Of a stretch of 32,000 nucleotides of DNA, positions 1 through 9,863 are shown piece by piece (the stretch's first letter is position 1; every line of letters starts with the position of its first letter). A program made the position numbers and the translations under genes. Source of the DNA: Zymomonas mobilis subsp. mobilis ATCC 10988 (GTDB lineage Bacteria; Pseudomonadota; Alphaproteobacteria; Sphingomonadales; Sphingomonadaceae); contig NC_017262.1 of assembly GCF_000175255.2 (NCBI RefSeq), positions 1,590,001-1,622,000 on the forward strand. Reading direction: 5' to 3'. The notes under the pieces were generated by a model, which was given only the letters and a program-made list of their open reading frames with translations, was not told the origin of the DNA and ran no database searches.

Positions 1-120
1 GGTATTCGCCATGACTGCGGTGATAAGGCCGGATTTATTCAGGCAAATGTTGCGTTAGCCTTGGAAAGACCTGATATAGGCCCTGCGGTTAGAGACTATC
101 TACATCGCCAAAATTTTTAA
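1..120 (+). CDS. galU: UTP--glucose-1-phosphate uridylyltransferase, C-terminal fragment (starts before the window)
   Basis: Frame 1 reads GIRHDCGDKAGFIQANVALALERPDIGPAVRDYLHRQNF*, which resembles the GalU C-terminal DCGDK.GFI.ANV signature. Confidence 0.8.
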   Translation, partial: GIRHDCGDKAGFIQANVALALERPDIGPAVRDYLHRQNF

Positions 121-155
121 TCTAATGGATTAAGCCTTCTTTTCCTGACAGTAAG

Positions 156-1178
156 ATGGCCTCACAGAGGTTGGCAAAGAAGGCTGACCTTTGTCAGGGG
201 CTTGTTGTGGAAATTAAGGCTTATCTCATTCGAAAAGATGGAAGCGTCGATGACATCAATGTCGAAAAGCTTTCATCTCTTCTCCCTTATGACAGCACTG
301 ACAGTTTTATCTGGATACGCCTTCAAGACAAACCGGCGGCGGTTGCTGAATGGTTGAGGCACCATACCCAGATTATAGAACCAACGATTTCAGCTCTAAG
401 TGCTGTTGAGACACGTCCTCGTTTTCAGATTATCGATTCTGGTGCCCTTATTAACCTTCGTGGTCTTGGTATTACGCCAAAAGATGACCCTGACGGGCTG
501 ATATCCATCCGTCTTTGGGTCGAACATTCTGTGGTTATTTCCGTCTGTTTTGATGTCTTGGCGGCTAATAATTCCATTATTGATGCCATGAATAAGGGCG
601 CGATCCATGACCCCGGCGATTTAATTGCCCTGATTGCTGAAAAAGTATCTGATACGCTTGATCCTGTCGTCGCCGCTTTGGGAGACCGGGTCGATAATTG
701 TGAAGCCCGTCTTAGTTCGGATGATGCTTGGGAAATGCGCCGGATCATTGCTTCGGTGCGTTCACAGGCCATCAGCTATCGCCGCTTTGCGACACCGCAG
801 CGTCAAGCCCTCGAAACAATGGCCAATTCTCATCTAGCTTGGTTAGCGGATGATGACCGTATTCATCTGCATGGGGCGGCTGATTGTTTTGCCCGTATGG
901 CTGAAGAATTGGAAGCTATCCGAGAGCGCGCCGCTTTATTGCACGAACAACTAACCGATCTTCGGTCAGAACAAATAGATACACGCGGGTTATTACTTTC
1001 TATTGTTGCCCTCATCTTCTTACCCTTGACGTTTTTAACCGGATTATTGGGTATGAATGTTGCTGGTATCCCTTATGCCAATGCGCCTTGGGCATTTAAT
1101 GGGGTTATTGCAATTTGTGTCTTAATCGCGGTGGCTATCACGCTTTATTTTGTCCAAAAACAGTGGTTTCGTCGTTAA
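156..1178 (+). CDS. CorA-family divalent cation transporter, ZntB-like
   Basis: 340 aa; C-terminal TM pair with the GMNVAGIP (GMN) motif and a polar soluble N-terminal domain. Confidence 0.88.
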   Translation: MASQRLAKKADLCQGLVVEIKAYLIRKDGSVDDINVEKLSSLLPYDSTDSFIWIRLQDKPAAVAEWLRHHTQIIEPTISALSAVETRPRFQIIDSGALINLRGLGITPKDDPDGLISIRLWVEHSVVISVCFDVLAANNSIIDAMNKGAIHDPGDLIALIAEKVSDTLDPVVAALGDRVDNCEARLSSDDAWEMRRIIASVRSQAISYRRFATPQRQALETMANSHLAWLADDDRIHLHGAADCFARMAEELEAIRERAALLHEQLTDLRSEQIDTRGLLLSIVALIFLPLTFLTGLLGMNVAGIPYANAPWAFNGVIAICVLIAVAITLYFVQKQWFRR

Positions 1179-1386
1179 AGCCACAGAATGCCACTATAAA
1201 TGTGCCGATTTTTTCTTTCTATTGGCTATTTTCTCAACAGGTGATTATTGCATTCATAAAGGAAAATCGAAAAGTCTTGGATGTAAATCCGATGAATAAG
1301 ACGTTGATTTTTCATTTTTTTTAAATGCTATATCTTGGTAATATTGGAAGCATTGTGCTGACATCAAATAGAGGGGGCTTTCGCAG

Positions 1387-2895
1387 GTGAAGCACAAGTA
1401 TTTATATCGATCTTTTCTGTTTCAAGCCTGTTTTTTGTCAGCCATGCCTTTGTTCGCCCAAAATGTGATGACGAATGAAGCCGTTTCCGCACCGCAAACC
1501 AATGCCACCGGCAATGGACAGACAGCGAATGCTCCTCGTCCACAATCGCGCCGCGAAAATCTTAATTTAACGGAAAAACAGACCGCCTTTCTCAATCATT
1601 TGCTTGATAAGGCTGGGGATGATGGTCTGATCGGCGAGAAAAAAGAGGCCACTGCCCATCATTTGACGGGTGAAAGCCTGATTTCTGCCAGTCTTGATTA
1701 TGCGCGTGCTATTCACAGCGGGCGACTCTCTGCCAGTGATTTCGACAAAAATTGGGGTATGAAACCGGATCCTTACGATCCGTGGCCTGATTTTAAAAAC
1801 GCAGTTAATAATAACACTTTAGGCGACTGGGCTGCCAATTTACCGCCGCCTTACTCCGGTTATGCCGGTTTAAAAAATGGCCTGATCTATTATCGTGCTA
1901 TCGCTGAAAAAGGCGGTTGGCCGGTTGTCCCGACGGGTGCTGATCTTACGGTTGGTAGCGATAATCCACGGGTAAAAACTCTGCGTCGGCGAATCGCTAT
2001 CGAAGACAAAGAATTACCGGATAACGGTTCTTCCCATTTTGATGCCGCTTTGAAGGCCGCTGTTAAACGAGCGCAGCAGCGTTATGGTCTCAATCCGACT
2101 GGGGTTGTTTCCGGTCAAACGTTGCAGGCTTTGAACCAGCCGGTGAAATCGCGAATCCATCAAATTATGGCGAATATGGAGCGCTGGCGTTGGCTACCCC
2201 GCAATTTGCCGGAAAATCGTATTCAGGTGAATGTTGCAGCGGCGGTTTTAACCCTGTTTGAAAAAAATCAGCCTGTGATGTCGATGAAAAGCGTAACGGG
2301 GCGTCCGGGGAATGAAACCCCTATGCTGCGTTCGACCATTTACAGCTTGGTCATCAATCCCCCTTGGAATGTGCCGGATTCTATCGCCAAGAAAGAATTA
2401 TGGCCAAAAGAGAAAGCGCATCCCGGATATTTACAGGCCGCTGGTTTTAAAATTATCGGTGAAAGCGGTCAGGGACAGCGTTTGCAGCAAAAACCGGGTC
2501 CCAGAAATTCCTTGGGTCAGTTGAAATTCGACTTCCCAAATAGCTATTCCGTTTATCTGCATGACACGCCGGGGCGGGGGGCTTTTAGTCGTTATGGCCG
2601 TTTGGAAAGCCATGGCTGTATCCGGCTTGAACATCCGGTGGCTTTAGGAGAGCGTTTGTTGGCGGCTGATCCGGCATGGACAGGTGACCGCCTTCGGAGT
2701 GAAATTGATAAAAACGAAACTGAACGCGTCCGCCTGAAACAACCTGTTGCGGTTTTCCTGTTTTATTGGACGGCTTTTGGTAATGGTGAAAATGCCCTTA
2801 GCTTCAGAAGCGATCCTTATAAATGGGATGAACTATTGGCACAAAAAATTGAAGCTATTGGGCAATCTGTTCAGGGACAATCCAACAATAGTTGA
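1387..2895 (+). CDS. L,D-transpeptidase (YkuD catalytic domain with peptidoglycan-binding region), YcbB-like, secreted
   Basis: 502 aa from a GTG start; signal peptide; HDTPGRGAFSRYGRLESHGCIRLEHP carries the YkuD HGCIR catalytic motif. Confidence 0.9.
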   Translation: MKHKYLYRSFLFQACFLSAMPLFAQNVMTNEAVSAPQTNATGNGQTANAPRPQSRRENLNLTEKQTAFLNHLLDKAGDDGLIGEKKEATAHHLTGESLISASLDYARAIHSGRLSASDFDKNWGMKPDPYDPWPDFKNAVNNNTLGDWAANLPPPYSGYAGLKNGLIYYRAIAEKGGWPVVPTGADLTVGSDNPRVKTLRRRIAIEDKELPDNGSSHFDAALKAAVKRAQQRYGLNPTGVVSGQTLQALNQPVKSRIHQIMANMERWRWLPRNLPENRIQVNVAAAVLTLFEKNQPVMSMKSVTGRPGNETPMLRSTIYSLVINPPWNVPDSIAKKELWPKEKAHPGYLQAAGFKIIGESGQGQRLQQKPGPRNSLGQLKFDFPNSYSVYLHDTPGRGAFSRYGRLESHGCIRLEHPVALGERLLAADPAWTGDRLRSEIDKNETERVRLKQPVAVFLFYWTAFGNGENALSFRSDPYKWDELLAQKIEAIGQSVQGQSNNS

Positions 2896-2947
2896 TTATG
2901 GCAGAGCCAAATTCTTATTCTTTTTTATATAGGGGCATTCTCCAGCT

Positions 2948-3568
2948 ATGAATATGCACAGGTTAATAGCGATGGCCTTAGCCGCAGGGGTCGTTGTTAC
3001 CGGTTGTTCTGATCACCATAAAAAAGCTGATCAAAATCAGGCTGATCATCACACCCCGTTAACTCCAACAGAAATGGAGCAGACGGAACCGCTTAGCAAT
3101 ACCGTGCCAGCAGGGCCGGATATTGGCCCTTTAAGTAGTGCGCCTGCGCCCGAAAAGCCTGTCAGTATGCCGGATGACGGTACCAAAGCGATGACCAAGA
3201 AGTTGCTGAAAGACAAGGTTATTGATCGGGAAAGCGTTGATCTGCCGAAACAAGGCTACGGGAAAACTTCTAAAGACAGCCAGATTATGTCTGATGCGAT
3301 GGCAACCGGCATGACCACGCCGATGACCGCTCATATCAAAGATGGCGATCGTCCCGGCGAACCTTCGGTAAATGCTCAATATGATAATCAGTATCACAAG
3401 AGCGTAAAAGAGCTCTCTCCCAGCAATGTGCTGGAACCAGAAAATAAAGAGAAAAAAGAGGTCGAAGAAAAAGAGCAGGAAAAGAAACAGCTTGAAATAC
3501 AGGCGGCTGAATCGAAAAAAAGCGCCGCTATTGCGGAATCTATTGCACGGGGTGCTCGCGGAAAATAG
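2948..3568 (+). CDS. hypothetical lipoprotein with charged, coiled-coil-like C-terminus
   Basis: 206 aa; lipobox VVVTGC near the N-terminus; Glu/Lys-rich C-terminal segment. Confidence 0.7.
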   Translation: MNMHRLIAMALAAGVVVTGCSDHHKKADQNQADHHTPLTPTEMEQTEPLSNTVPAGPDIGPLSSAPAPEKPVSMPDDGTKAMTKKLLKDKVIDRESVDLPKQGYGKTSKDSQIMSDAMATGMTTPMTAHIKDGDRPGEPSVNAQYDNQYHKSVKELSPSNVLEPENKEKKEVEEKEQEKKQLEIQAAESKKSAAIAESIARGARGK

Positions 3569-3585
3569 CGCGATCCTGTTGATTT

Positions 3586-3616
3586 AGCCTGACGTTTTGG
3601 CGTCAGGCTTCTTTTT
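3586..3616 (+). terminator. rho-independent terminator downstream of the 2948-3568 lipoprotein gene
   Basis: agcctgacg-ttttgg-cgtcaggct perfect stem followed by a T-rich tract (tctttttaat). Confidence 0.85.
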
Positions 3617-4001
3617 AATAAAAATCATTTTCATGCCAGATATTATGAAGATGTTTGGGCCAATGCCATGGTCGCCATAAGATGACATCTATTGTTATTT
3701 CATCGTCGGGGCGCATCAATCTGGGGGCAAGAAAACGGGCGGCGGCCACTACCCGTTTTAGACGGTTATAATCAATCGCTTGATCTAAATCTTCTTTTGA
3801 TCGTCTGGTTTTTACCTCGATAAAATTCAAACGCCGACCGCGTCTGGCGATAATATCAATTTCGCCTGATGGCGTTCTGACGCGGCGACCATGTTTGATG
3901 ATATGCCAACCGTGAAATCGTAACCACCAGAGGCTCACGATTTCACCCAACCGCCCCAGTCTTTCAGCCTTTTTTCTTTTTATCCTTCTGTCTTTATGCA
4001 T
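3615..4001 (-). CDS. yraN: UPF0102 / YraN family nuclease-like protein
   Basis: GRLGEIVSLWWLRFHGWHIIKHGRRVRTPSGEIDIIARRGRRLNFIEVKTRR is the UPF0102 core. The start is taken at the internal Met (MHKDRR, 4001), not 4097, which leaves an 8-bp overlap with rsmI. Confidence 0.88.
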   Translation of the reverse strand: MHKDRRIKRKKAERLGRLGEIVSLWWLRFHGWHIIKHGRRVRTPSGEIDIIARRGRRLNFIEVKTRRSKEDLDQAIDYNRLKRVVAAARFLAPRLMRPDDEITIDVILWRPWHWPKHLHNIWHENDFY

Positions 4002-4881
4002 CAGAAGAAGATTGCTGCCGCAGCTGCATGGCCTGATCATAGAGAGCTTGGCGCGATAAACCCATTTGTTTAGCAACCAAAGCGGCTGATTTCCCAACCG
4101 AATGATCTTTCAGAGCCGTTTCAAGCAAGGCTTTAACTTCATCTTCCCCGATTTCTGTTTTTTTATTCGCAGGGGAAACCAGAATAACCAATTCGCCTTT
4201 GGGCGGCTTTTCTTGATAATGCGTTATCAATTCGGAAAGGGGGGCTGTCTGACATTCTTCAAATTTTTTGGTAATTTCACGCGTGACGGCAGCCTCGCGG
4301 TCACCCAAAATTTGATGCAAGCTCGTCAGAACAGAGATCAAACGCGGGCTTGTTTCATAAAAAATAAGGGTTGCAGCAATGCCAGCCACCTCTTCCAAGG
4401 CTTTTTTTCTGGCATTTTCCTTAGGCGGTAAAAAACCAATAAAAAGGAAACGATCGGAAGGAAGACCGGATAGGGTAAGCGCTGCAATCGCCGCACAAGG
4501 CCCCGGAATGGTGGTGACATAAGCGCCTGATTGGCGGGCATCCCGCACCAATTTAAAGCCGGGATCAGAAATTAAAGGCGTGCCGGCATCCGAGACCAAG
4601 GCAATCGCTTCATGGTTCAGGCGGGGTAAAAGTTGTGGCCTTAAATAATCGGCGTTATGATCGTGATAAGCGATCATCGGTCGTTTAATACCAATATGTT
4701 GCAATAATTTGGCCGTCACCCGGCTATCTTCTACCGCAATAAGATCTGCTCTTTTCAAAATATCGGCAGCTCTTAAGGATAAATCTGAAAGATTGCCGAT
4801 AGGAGTCGCAACAATATACAAGCCGGGTTGTAATTTGTCCGATTGCACATCTTGGGTGTTATCTTGAACAGGTAAAGTCAT
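3994..4881 (-). CDS. rsmI: 16S rRNA (cytidine(1402)-2'-O)-methyltransferase
   Basis: 295 aa; GLYIVATPIGNLSDLSLRAADILKRADLIAVEDSR and LVSDAGTPLISDPG are RsmI hallmarks. Confidence 0.95.
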   Translation of the reverse strand: MTLPVQDNTQDVQSDKLQPGLYIVATPIGNLSDLSLRAADILKRADLIAVEDSRVTAKLLQHIGIKRPMIAYHDHNADYLRPQLLPRLNHEAIALVSDAGTPLISDPGFKLVRDARQSGAYVTTIPGPCAAIAALTLSGLPSDRFLFIGFLPPKENARKKALEEVAGIAATLIFYETSPRLISVLTSLHQILGDREAAVTREITKKFEECQTAPLSELITHYQEKPPKGELVILVSPANKKTEIGEDEVKALLETALKDHSVGKSAALVAKQMGLSRQALYDQAMQLRQQSSSDA

Positions 4882-4941
4882 AGTCTCTTGTCATGGCAGA
4901 GGAGAGGCACCTACCGCAATGTATAAAAGAATGAGGTCAAT

Positions 4942-6177
4942 ATGAATGTTATTCGCTACCGGTTGAAAAAAAATATCCTTTTTTTATCCGGTTTGTTGTT
5001 AACCACCACGTTAGCAGCCTGCGGAAGTTCTTCCGTCTCTCATCCTAAAACTGCCTCCTCCAATACGCCAAACGCCTCTTCAATCAACAATCCGGCTAAC
5101 CAAAACCAAAATGCTGATAATGGCTTCTCCAATAATGGAGAGAACGCTTCTGATATGCAGCAGATGCAAGCTGTCCATTCGGTAGCAGTTATTGTGCCAT
5201 TATCAGGGGCTTTTGCGAATATCGGTCAATCCATTGCCAATACAGCACAAATGGCGGTGTCTGATCTGGCTGACCGCCATACGGGGATAAAAATCACTTG
5301 CTATGACAGTGCAAAAGGCGCGGCCGAGGCTGTCAACAAAGCTGTTTCTGATGGGAATAAGTTAATCCTTGGCGGGGTTTTCCCCAGCGAAGCCCGAATG
5401 ATGGCACTTGCTGCCCGTAACGCTCATATCCCGATGATTACCTTTTCCAATGACAATAGTTTGGCTGGAAATGGCGTTTATGTGATGGGCTTTTCGGTGG
5501 GTGCTGGTATCCAGCGCGTCGTCAAATATGCTTTGGATCACAAATTATCCCGCTTTGCAGCCCTCCTTCCCAATGGGGTTTATGGCCGGAAAGCCTCGGC
5601 TTCATTGCTGCGCACGGTGTCCAATAATGGGGGCAGCGTCGCGACCCTTTCCAATTATAACCGCACGCCACAGGAAATCACTGACGCTGTGACCAAATTG
5701 GGACAGGATTATGATGCTGTTTTGATTGCGGATTCGCCTCGAATTGCTCGTATCGCTGCGCCTTTACTCGTGAAACAGGATGGCACAAAACCCCAAATAT
5801 TGGGGAGCGAGCTTTGGTCTATTGATAATAATCTTAAAAATGTTCCCGCCCTTTATGGGGCATGGTTTGCCTCTGTGCCGGATGGGATGTTCCACCAATT
5901 ATCTGGCAAATATAAAGCCCGCTATGGCGTTACTCCGCCGCGCTTAGCCAGCCTTGGCTATGATGCTATTTTGCTGGCAGCACGTATCTCTCCGAATTGG
6001 CCTTCTAATGGCGATTTTCCAGAAAAGAAGCTGTTATCACCTAATGGCTTTATGGGCATTGATGGTGCTTTCCGCTTTAATAACCAAGCGATTGCCGAAC
6101 GGGCGTTAGCTGTCGAAAAAGTATCAGCTAATGGTATTGTCGTTATTGACCCTGCACCGACCAGCTTTAGCAAATAA
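4942..6177 (+). CDS. penicillin-binding protein activator (LpoA/LppC-like, periplasmic-binding fold) lipoprotein
   Basis: Lipobox TLAACG; VIVPLSGAFANIGQSIANTAQMAVSDL resembles type I periplasmic-binding proteins; located next to rsmI/yraN as lpoA often is. Confidence 0.75.
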   Translation: MNVIRYRLKKNILFLSGLLLTTTLAACGSSSVSHPKTASSNTPNASSINNPANQNQNADNGFSNNGENASDMQQMQAVHSVAVIVPLSGAFANIGQSIANTAQMAVSDLADRHTGIKITCYDSAKGAAEAVNKAVSDGNKLILGGVFPSEARMMALAARNAHIPMITFSNDNSLAGNGVYVMGFSVGAGIQRVVKYALDHKLSRFAALLPNGVYGRKASASLLRTVSNNGGSVATLSNYNRTPQEITDAVTKLGQDYDAVLIADSPRIARIAAPLLVKQDGTKPQILGSELWSIDNNLKNVPALYGAWFASVPDGMFHQLSGKYKARYGVTPPRLASLGYDAILLAARISPNWPSNGDFPEKKLLSPNGFMGIDGAFRFNNQAIAERALAVEKVSANGIVVIDPAPTSFSK

Positions 6178-6198
6178 TCAAAAGATATATTGAAGATT

Positions 6199-6238
6199 CC
6201 GGATATTTTTCTGTTTCTCGAAAGATATCCGGTTCTTT
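6199..6238 (+). terminator. rho-independent terminator after the PBP activator gene
   Basis: ccggatatttttc / gaaagatatccgg 13-bp stem with one G-U pair, followed by ttctttt. Confidence 0.7.
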
Positions 6239-6413
6239 TGGTTGATTGATGACACCCAATTTTAAAGCATACCAGTCTTCAACCATTTCATGATAATTTT
6301 TGTGGTCGTATTTTCAGGTTATAGGATTAAAAGCGCTGTTTTTCTGTTAAAAGGAGGCCTGTGACTGAAAGAGTCCCGTTTCCTTGAGTGAAAAAATATT
6401 ATAGAGGCAGAAT

Positions 6414-7454
6414 ATGGCCTCAAAATTTTCTCGTTCCTTGGTAATAGCCCTGACCGCTATTGCGATTTTACCCATGGCTGGTTGTGCCGGTCGGGGTAAA
6501 AAGAAGACTGATACCCGTTATGTCGCGCGGGATGTGGATACGCTTTATAATGCCGGCAAGCAAAGTCTGGACAGTGGTCAATATAAGGCTGCTGCGGCTT
6601 TCTTTGACGAAGTTGAGCGACAGCATCCTTATTCGATCTGGGCGCGCCGTGCCCAGTTGATGAGCGCCTTTTGTAATTATCGCGCCCGTAATTATTCAGC
6701 CTCGATCGCTTCGGCACAGCGCTTTTTATCCATTCATACGGGTAATAAAGACGCGCCTTACGCCATGTATCTGGTCATGATGGATTATTATGAGCAGATT
6801 CAGGATGTGAATCACGATCAGCACACCACCCAGCTTGCTCTTGATTCCATGAATGACATTATCCGGCGGTATCCAGATACACCTTATGCCGCCGATGCCC
6901 GATTGAAGATGGATTTGGTTCATGACCATCTGGGCGGAAAAGAAATGGCCATCGGTCGTTTTTATGAACAAAGCCGCCTGTGGCTGGCCGCAACGTTACG
7001 ATTCCGGCGTGTTATTGATGAATATCAGACCACCACTTACGTGCCAGAGGCCTTGGAACGTTTAACGGAAAGCTATCTTGCGATGGGGCTTCGTGTGGAA
7101 GCCCGAAATGCGGCGGCGGTTTTAGGCGCCAACTTCCCCGGATCAAAATGGTATAGTCGCGCTTATCACCTTATCAAGGAACATTACCCGCAAGCCTTTA
7201 CGCAGGTGCATTTAGAAGCACCTCAAAATGATACACCGGATACGGCCAATAATACGGAGGATGACGATCATCCCAAGACGCCATCTGCGGCACCTTCGCA
7301 GGATGATAAATTGACTGTCCCTTCGGATGATGTTGGCAGCCATGATGATCCAGCTGGACAGAGTCCGAGCAATGCAACCTTGCCGCCTATGCCTCCAGTA
7401 TCTGCGCCTTCGGAAAATCCGGCAGGGAATGAAGCGGTTTCTAATAACCCATAA
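6414..7454 (+). CDS. bamD: outer membrane protein assembly factor BamD, with a long disordered C-terminal tail
   Basis: Lipobox MAGCAG; YNAGKQSLDSGQYKAAAAFFDEVERQHPYSIWARRAQLMSAFCNYRARNYSASIASAQRFLSIH is BamD/YfiO TPR sequence. Confidence 0.92.
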   Translation: MASKFSRSLVIALTAIAILPMAGCAGRGKKKTDTRYVARDVDTLYNAGKQSLDSGQYKAAAAFFDEVERQHPYSIWARRAQLMSAFCNYRARNYSASIASAQRFLSIHTGNKDAPYAMYLVMMDYYEQIQDVNHDQHTTQLALDSMNDIIRRYPDTPYAADARLKMDLVHDHLGGKEMAIGRFYEQSRLWLAATLRFRRVIDEYQTTTYVPEALERLTESYLAMGLRVEARNAAAVLGANFPGSKWYSRAYHLIKEHYPQAFTQVHLEAPQNDTPDTANNTEDDDHPKTPSAAPSQDDKLTVPSDDVGSHDDPAGQSPSNATLPPMPPVSAPSENPAGNEAVSNNP

Positions 7455-7475
7455 AGGATAGCATCCTTTGCCCAT

Positions 7476-7508
7476 AAAAAAAGCCGCCTCAAAGGCGGCT
7501 TTTTTTTA
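7476..7508 (+). terminator. bidirectional rho-independent terminator between convergent bamD and gntK
   Basis: aaaaaaagccgcc-tcaaa-ggcggcttttttt. Confidence 0.92.
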
Positions 7509-7526
7509 AAGATGAAGCTAAAAGGA

Positions 7527-8024
7527 TTACTTCCAGCTGGTCATTTCTTTTTTGACGATATCGACGATCGTATCGGGATCGTTGCGAATATCGACAACAA
7601 AAACACCTTCGTCAGCCGTCGGCTCTTCAAGCGTTTCAAACTGGCTATGCAGTAATTTCGGATTGAAGAAATGGCTGGAACGATGTGCCAAGCGATCGGA
7701 AATCAGTTCTTCGCTACCTTTCAGATAGACGAAATGAACATCATGTTTGTCATTTAACAGATCACGATAGACTTTTTTCAAAGCAGAGCAGGCAAAAACG
7801 ACGTCATGTCCAACTGCTTTTTCTTTGTCCATATAGTCGCGGATAGCGCGGAGCCACGGCCAGCGATCTTCATCCGTCAGGGGAATTCCGTTGGACATTT
7901 TGTCCTTATTAGCCTGCGGGTGGAAATCGTCAGCATCCTGGAAATCGCAATGAAGATGCTTGGCAAGATCGGCACCGACCGTGCTTTTACCACAACCTGA
8001 AACGCCCATAACAACGATAATCAT
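7527..8024 (-). CDS. gntK: gluconokinase
   Basis: 165 aa; Walker A GVSGCGKSTVG; DFQDADDFHPQANKDKMSNGIPLTDEDRWPWL is characteristic of GntK. Confidence 0.95.
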   Translation of the reverse strand: MIIVVMGVSGCGKSTVGADLAKHLHCDFQDADDFHPQANKDKMSNGIPLTDEDRWPWLRAIRDYMDKEKAVGHDVVFACSALKKVYRDLLNDKHDVHFVYLKGSEELISDRLAHRSSHFFNPKLLHSQFETLEEPTADEGVFVVDIRNDPDTIVDIVKKEMTSWK

Positions 8025-8081
8025 GACGCTTTCCTTTTTACTAATCTAACAGAAATCTGTTTCTTTACTCGATTGTAAAAG

Positions 8082-8145
8082 GTCTTTTAGAAGGAAGAAA
8101 GGCTTTGGTTAAAAAAGCCCTTCTTCCTTTGAAATATTAAAGACC
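8082..8145 (-). other. stem-loop in the gntT-gntK spacer
   Basis: aaggaagaaaggc (8091-8103) pairs with gcccttcttcctt (8117-8129); outer arms gtcttt/aaagac extend it over the gntT stop. No downstream T-tract on the minus strand. Confidence 0.5.
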
Positions 8146-9492
8146 CAATGCCTGAAGACCAAAGGTGAGGATCAGGGCTGCAATCGAAGCGATGGTGACA
8201 GAAACCGTCCAGGTCTTGAAGGTCTGGCTGACCGTCATATTCAGATATTCTTTTAACAGCCAGAAAGCACCGTCATTGACGTGAGACAGAATAGACGAAC
8301 CGGCACCGATCGAAAGAACCAGCAATTCAGGGCTGTGGAAGCCCGGGGTGCTGAAGATGATCGGGGCTAACATACCGCCGGACATCGACATTGCCACCGT
8401 CTGTGAACCGGTTGCAACGCGGATAACCGCCGCAATGATAAAGCCGAGCATAATCGGGGACAGATGCATGACGTGAGACAGATCGGCCATGGCGTTACTG
8501 ACACCGGCGCGATACAGAATTTCACTAAATCCGCCACCAGCACCGATCAGCAACAGAATGCCAGCCGTCGGGCCCAAGCAGTCATTGGTGAATTTCAGAA
8601 GATCAGCACTGCTGAAACCACGCCAGAAACCCAAGGTGACCATGCTGACCAGCAAAGCGATAAGCAAGGAAACAACCGGATCACCCATAAAGTTCATGAA
8701 AGCGCGAACGTTGTTACCGTGGGGCAGGAAGATATTGGCGCCGCTGGAAAAAACCATCAGCAAAACAGGAAGCAAAATCGAGAAAATCGTCAGCCAGAAA
8801 CCCGGCAAATTTTTATCCTGATCGCTGCTACCTTCAAGACTTTCTGCAAATGGGTTGTGGGCAGGCAGCTGAATGCGAGGCGTAATCCAATTGCCGTAAA
8901 GCGGACCGGCAAGGATAGCGGCAGGGAAACCGACGATAAAACCGTAAAGAATGGTTTTACCCACATCAGCATGGAGCATTTCAACGCATTGCATTGAACC
9001 CGGATGCGGAGGCAGCAAACCATGAACGGTCGCCAAACCGGCACAAAGCGGAATGGTTAATTTGACAAGAGAAATCCCGCTGGCACGTCCTAAGGTAAAG
9101 ACGAGCGGAATCAACAGGATAAAGCCGACCTGATAGAAGATCGGAATACCCACGATAAAGGCAATGACCAGCATCGCCCAGTGGATAAGTTTGGGGCCAA
9201 AGATTTTGATCGTCGTCGTAGCGATACGTTCCGCACCACCAGACTCAGCCAAGATCTTACCAAGCATGGTGCCGAGTGCGATAACACTCGCTGTGGAACC
9301 GATACCGGAACCAAGACCATCTTGAAAGGCCGACAAAACTTTGGTTAAGGGCATGCCCGTTACGGCACCCATACCGATTGAAACTAAAATAAGGGAAACA
9401 AAAGGGTTTAGACGCCACTTTGCAATCATCAAAATAAGAATGATGATGGACGCCAATGCATATAAAAGGAGCATTGTTCCATTAGAGTGCAT
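8137..9492 (-). CDS. gntT: gluconate permease (GntP/GntT family)
   Basis: 451 aa hydrophobic protein; GLATVHGLLPPHPGSM, GNWITPR and GAGSSILSHVNDGAFWLLKEY match the GntP family; adjacent to gntK. Confidence 0.93.
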   Translation of the reverse strand: MHSNGTMLLLYALASIIILILMIAKWRLNPFVSLILVSIGMGAVTGMPLTKVLSAFQDGLGSGIGSTASVIALGTMLGKILAESGGAERIATTTIKIFGPKLIHWAMLVIAFIVGIPIFYQVGFILLIPLVFTLGRASGISLVKLTIPLCAGLATVHGLLPPHPGSMQCVEMLHADVGKTILYGFIVGFPAAILAGPLYGNWITPRIQLPAHNPFAESLEGSSDQDKNLPGFWLTIFSILLPVLLMVFSSGANIFLPHGNNVRAFMNFMGDPVVSLLIALLVSMVTLGFWRGFSSADLLKFTNDCLGPTAGILLLIGAGGGFSEILYRAGVSNAMADLSHVMHLSPIMLGFIIAAVIRVATGSQTVAMSMSGGMLAPIIFSTPGFHSPELLVLSIGAGSSILSHVNDGAFWLLKEYLNMTVSQTFKTWTVSVTIASIAALILTFGLQALGL

Positions 9493-9863
9493 GGTTACTC
9501 ATCCGTTCTTTTTTTGGTCAGGCCTTATGAAGACCTGACGCAAGATGCAGAAATTCCATCTATGGGAAAGCCAGCATTCAGTCTATTTTGCAAGAAAATA
9601 ATGAAATTTTTTAAAATTAATAATAATTTTTAACTGTCTCTCAAGTATCAATTCTCAATACTCTGTATTTAAAATTAAATTTATTTACTTCTTATGTAAA
9701 AATTTTTACATTAAAATAATTTTTAATAAAAAACCATGTGTCGGTTTAATTTAATTTAACAATATATTTAAAATAGATATTTGTTTTTATTTTGTCTAAA
9801 ATAAGTAATTATAAAAAAATATCACTTATGTAATATTTTCTTTAAAGAAGAGGACAATACAAC

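Noticed and set aside
3999-4097. Longer 160-aa version of yraN starting at 4097
   Set aside because: The extra N-terminus lies deep in rsmI and does not look conserved; the UPF0102 similarity follows the Met at 4001.
8464-8997. 177-aa plus-strand ORF antisense to gntT
   Set aside because: No recognisable family and low-complexity polar composition; gntT on the other strand is strongly supported.
9493-9863. AT-rich gap between divergent gntT and thyA as a mobile or replication element
   Set aside because: No ORF, iterons, clear inverted repeats or transposase remnants seen. An ordinary divergent promoter region suffices.
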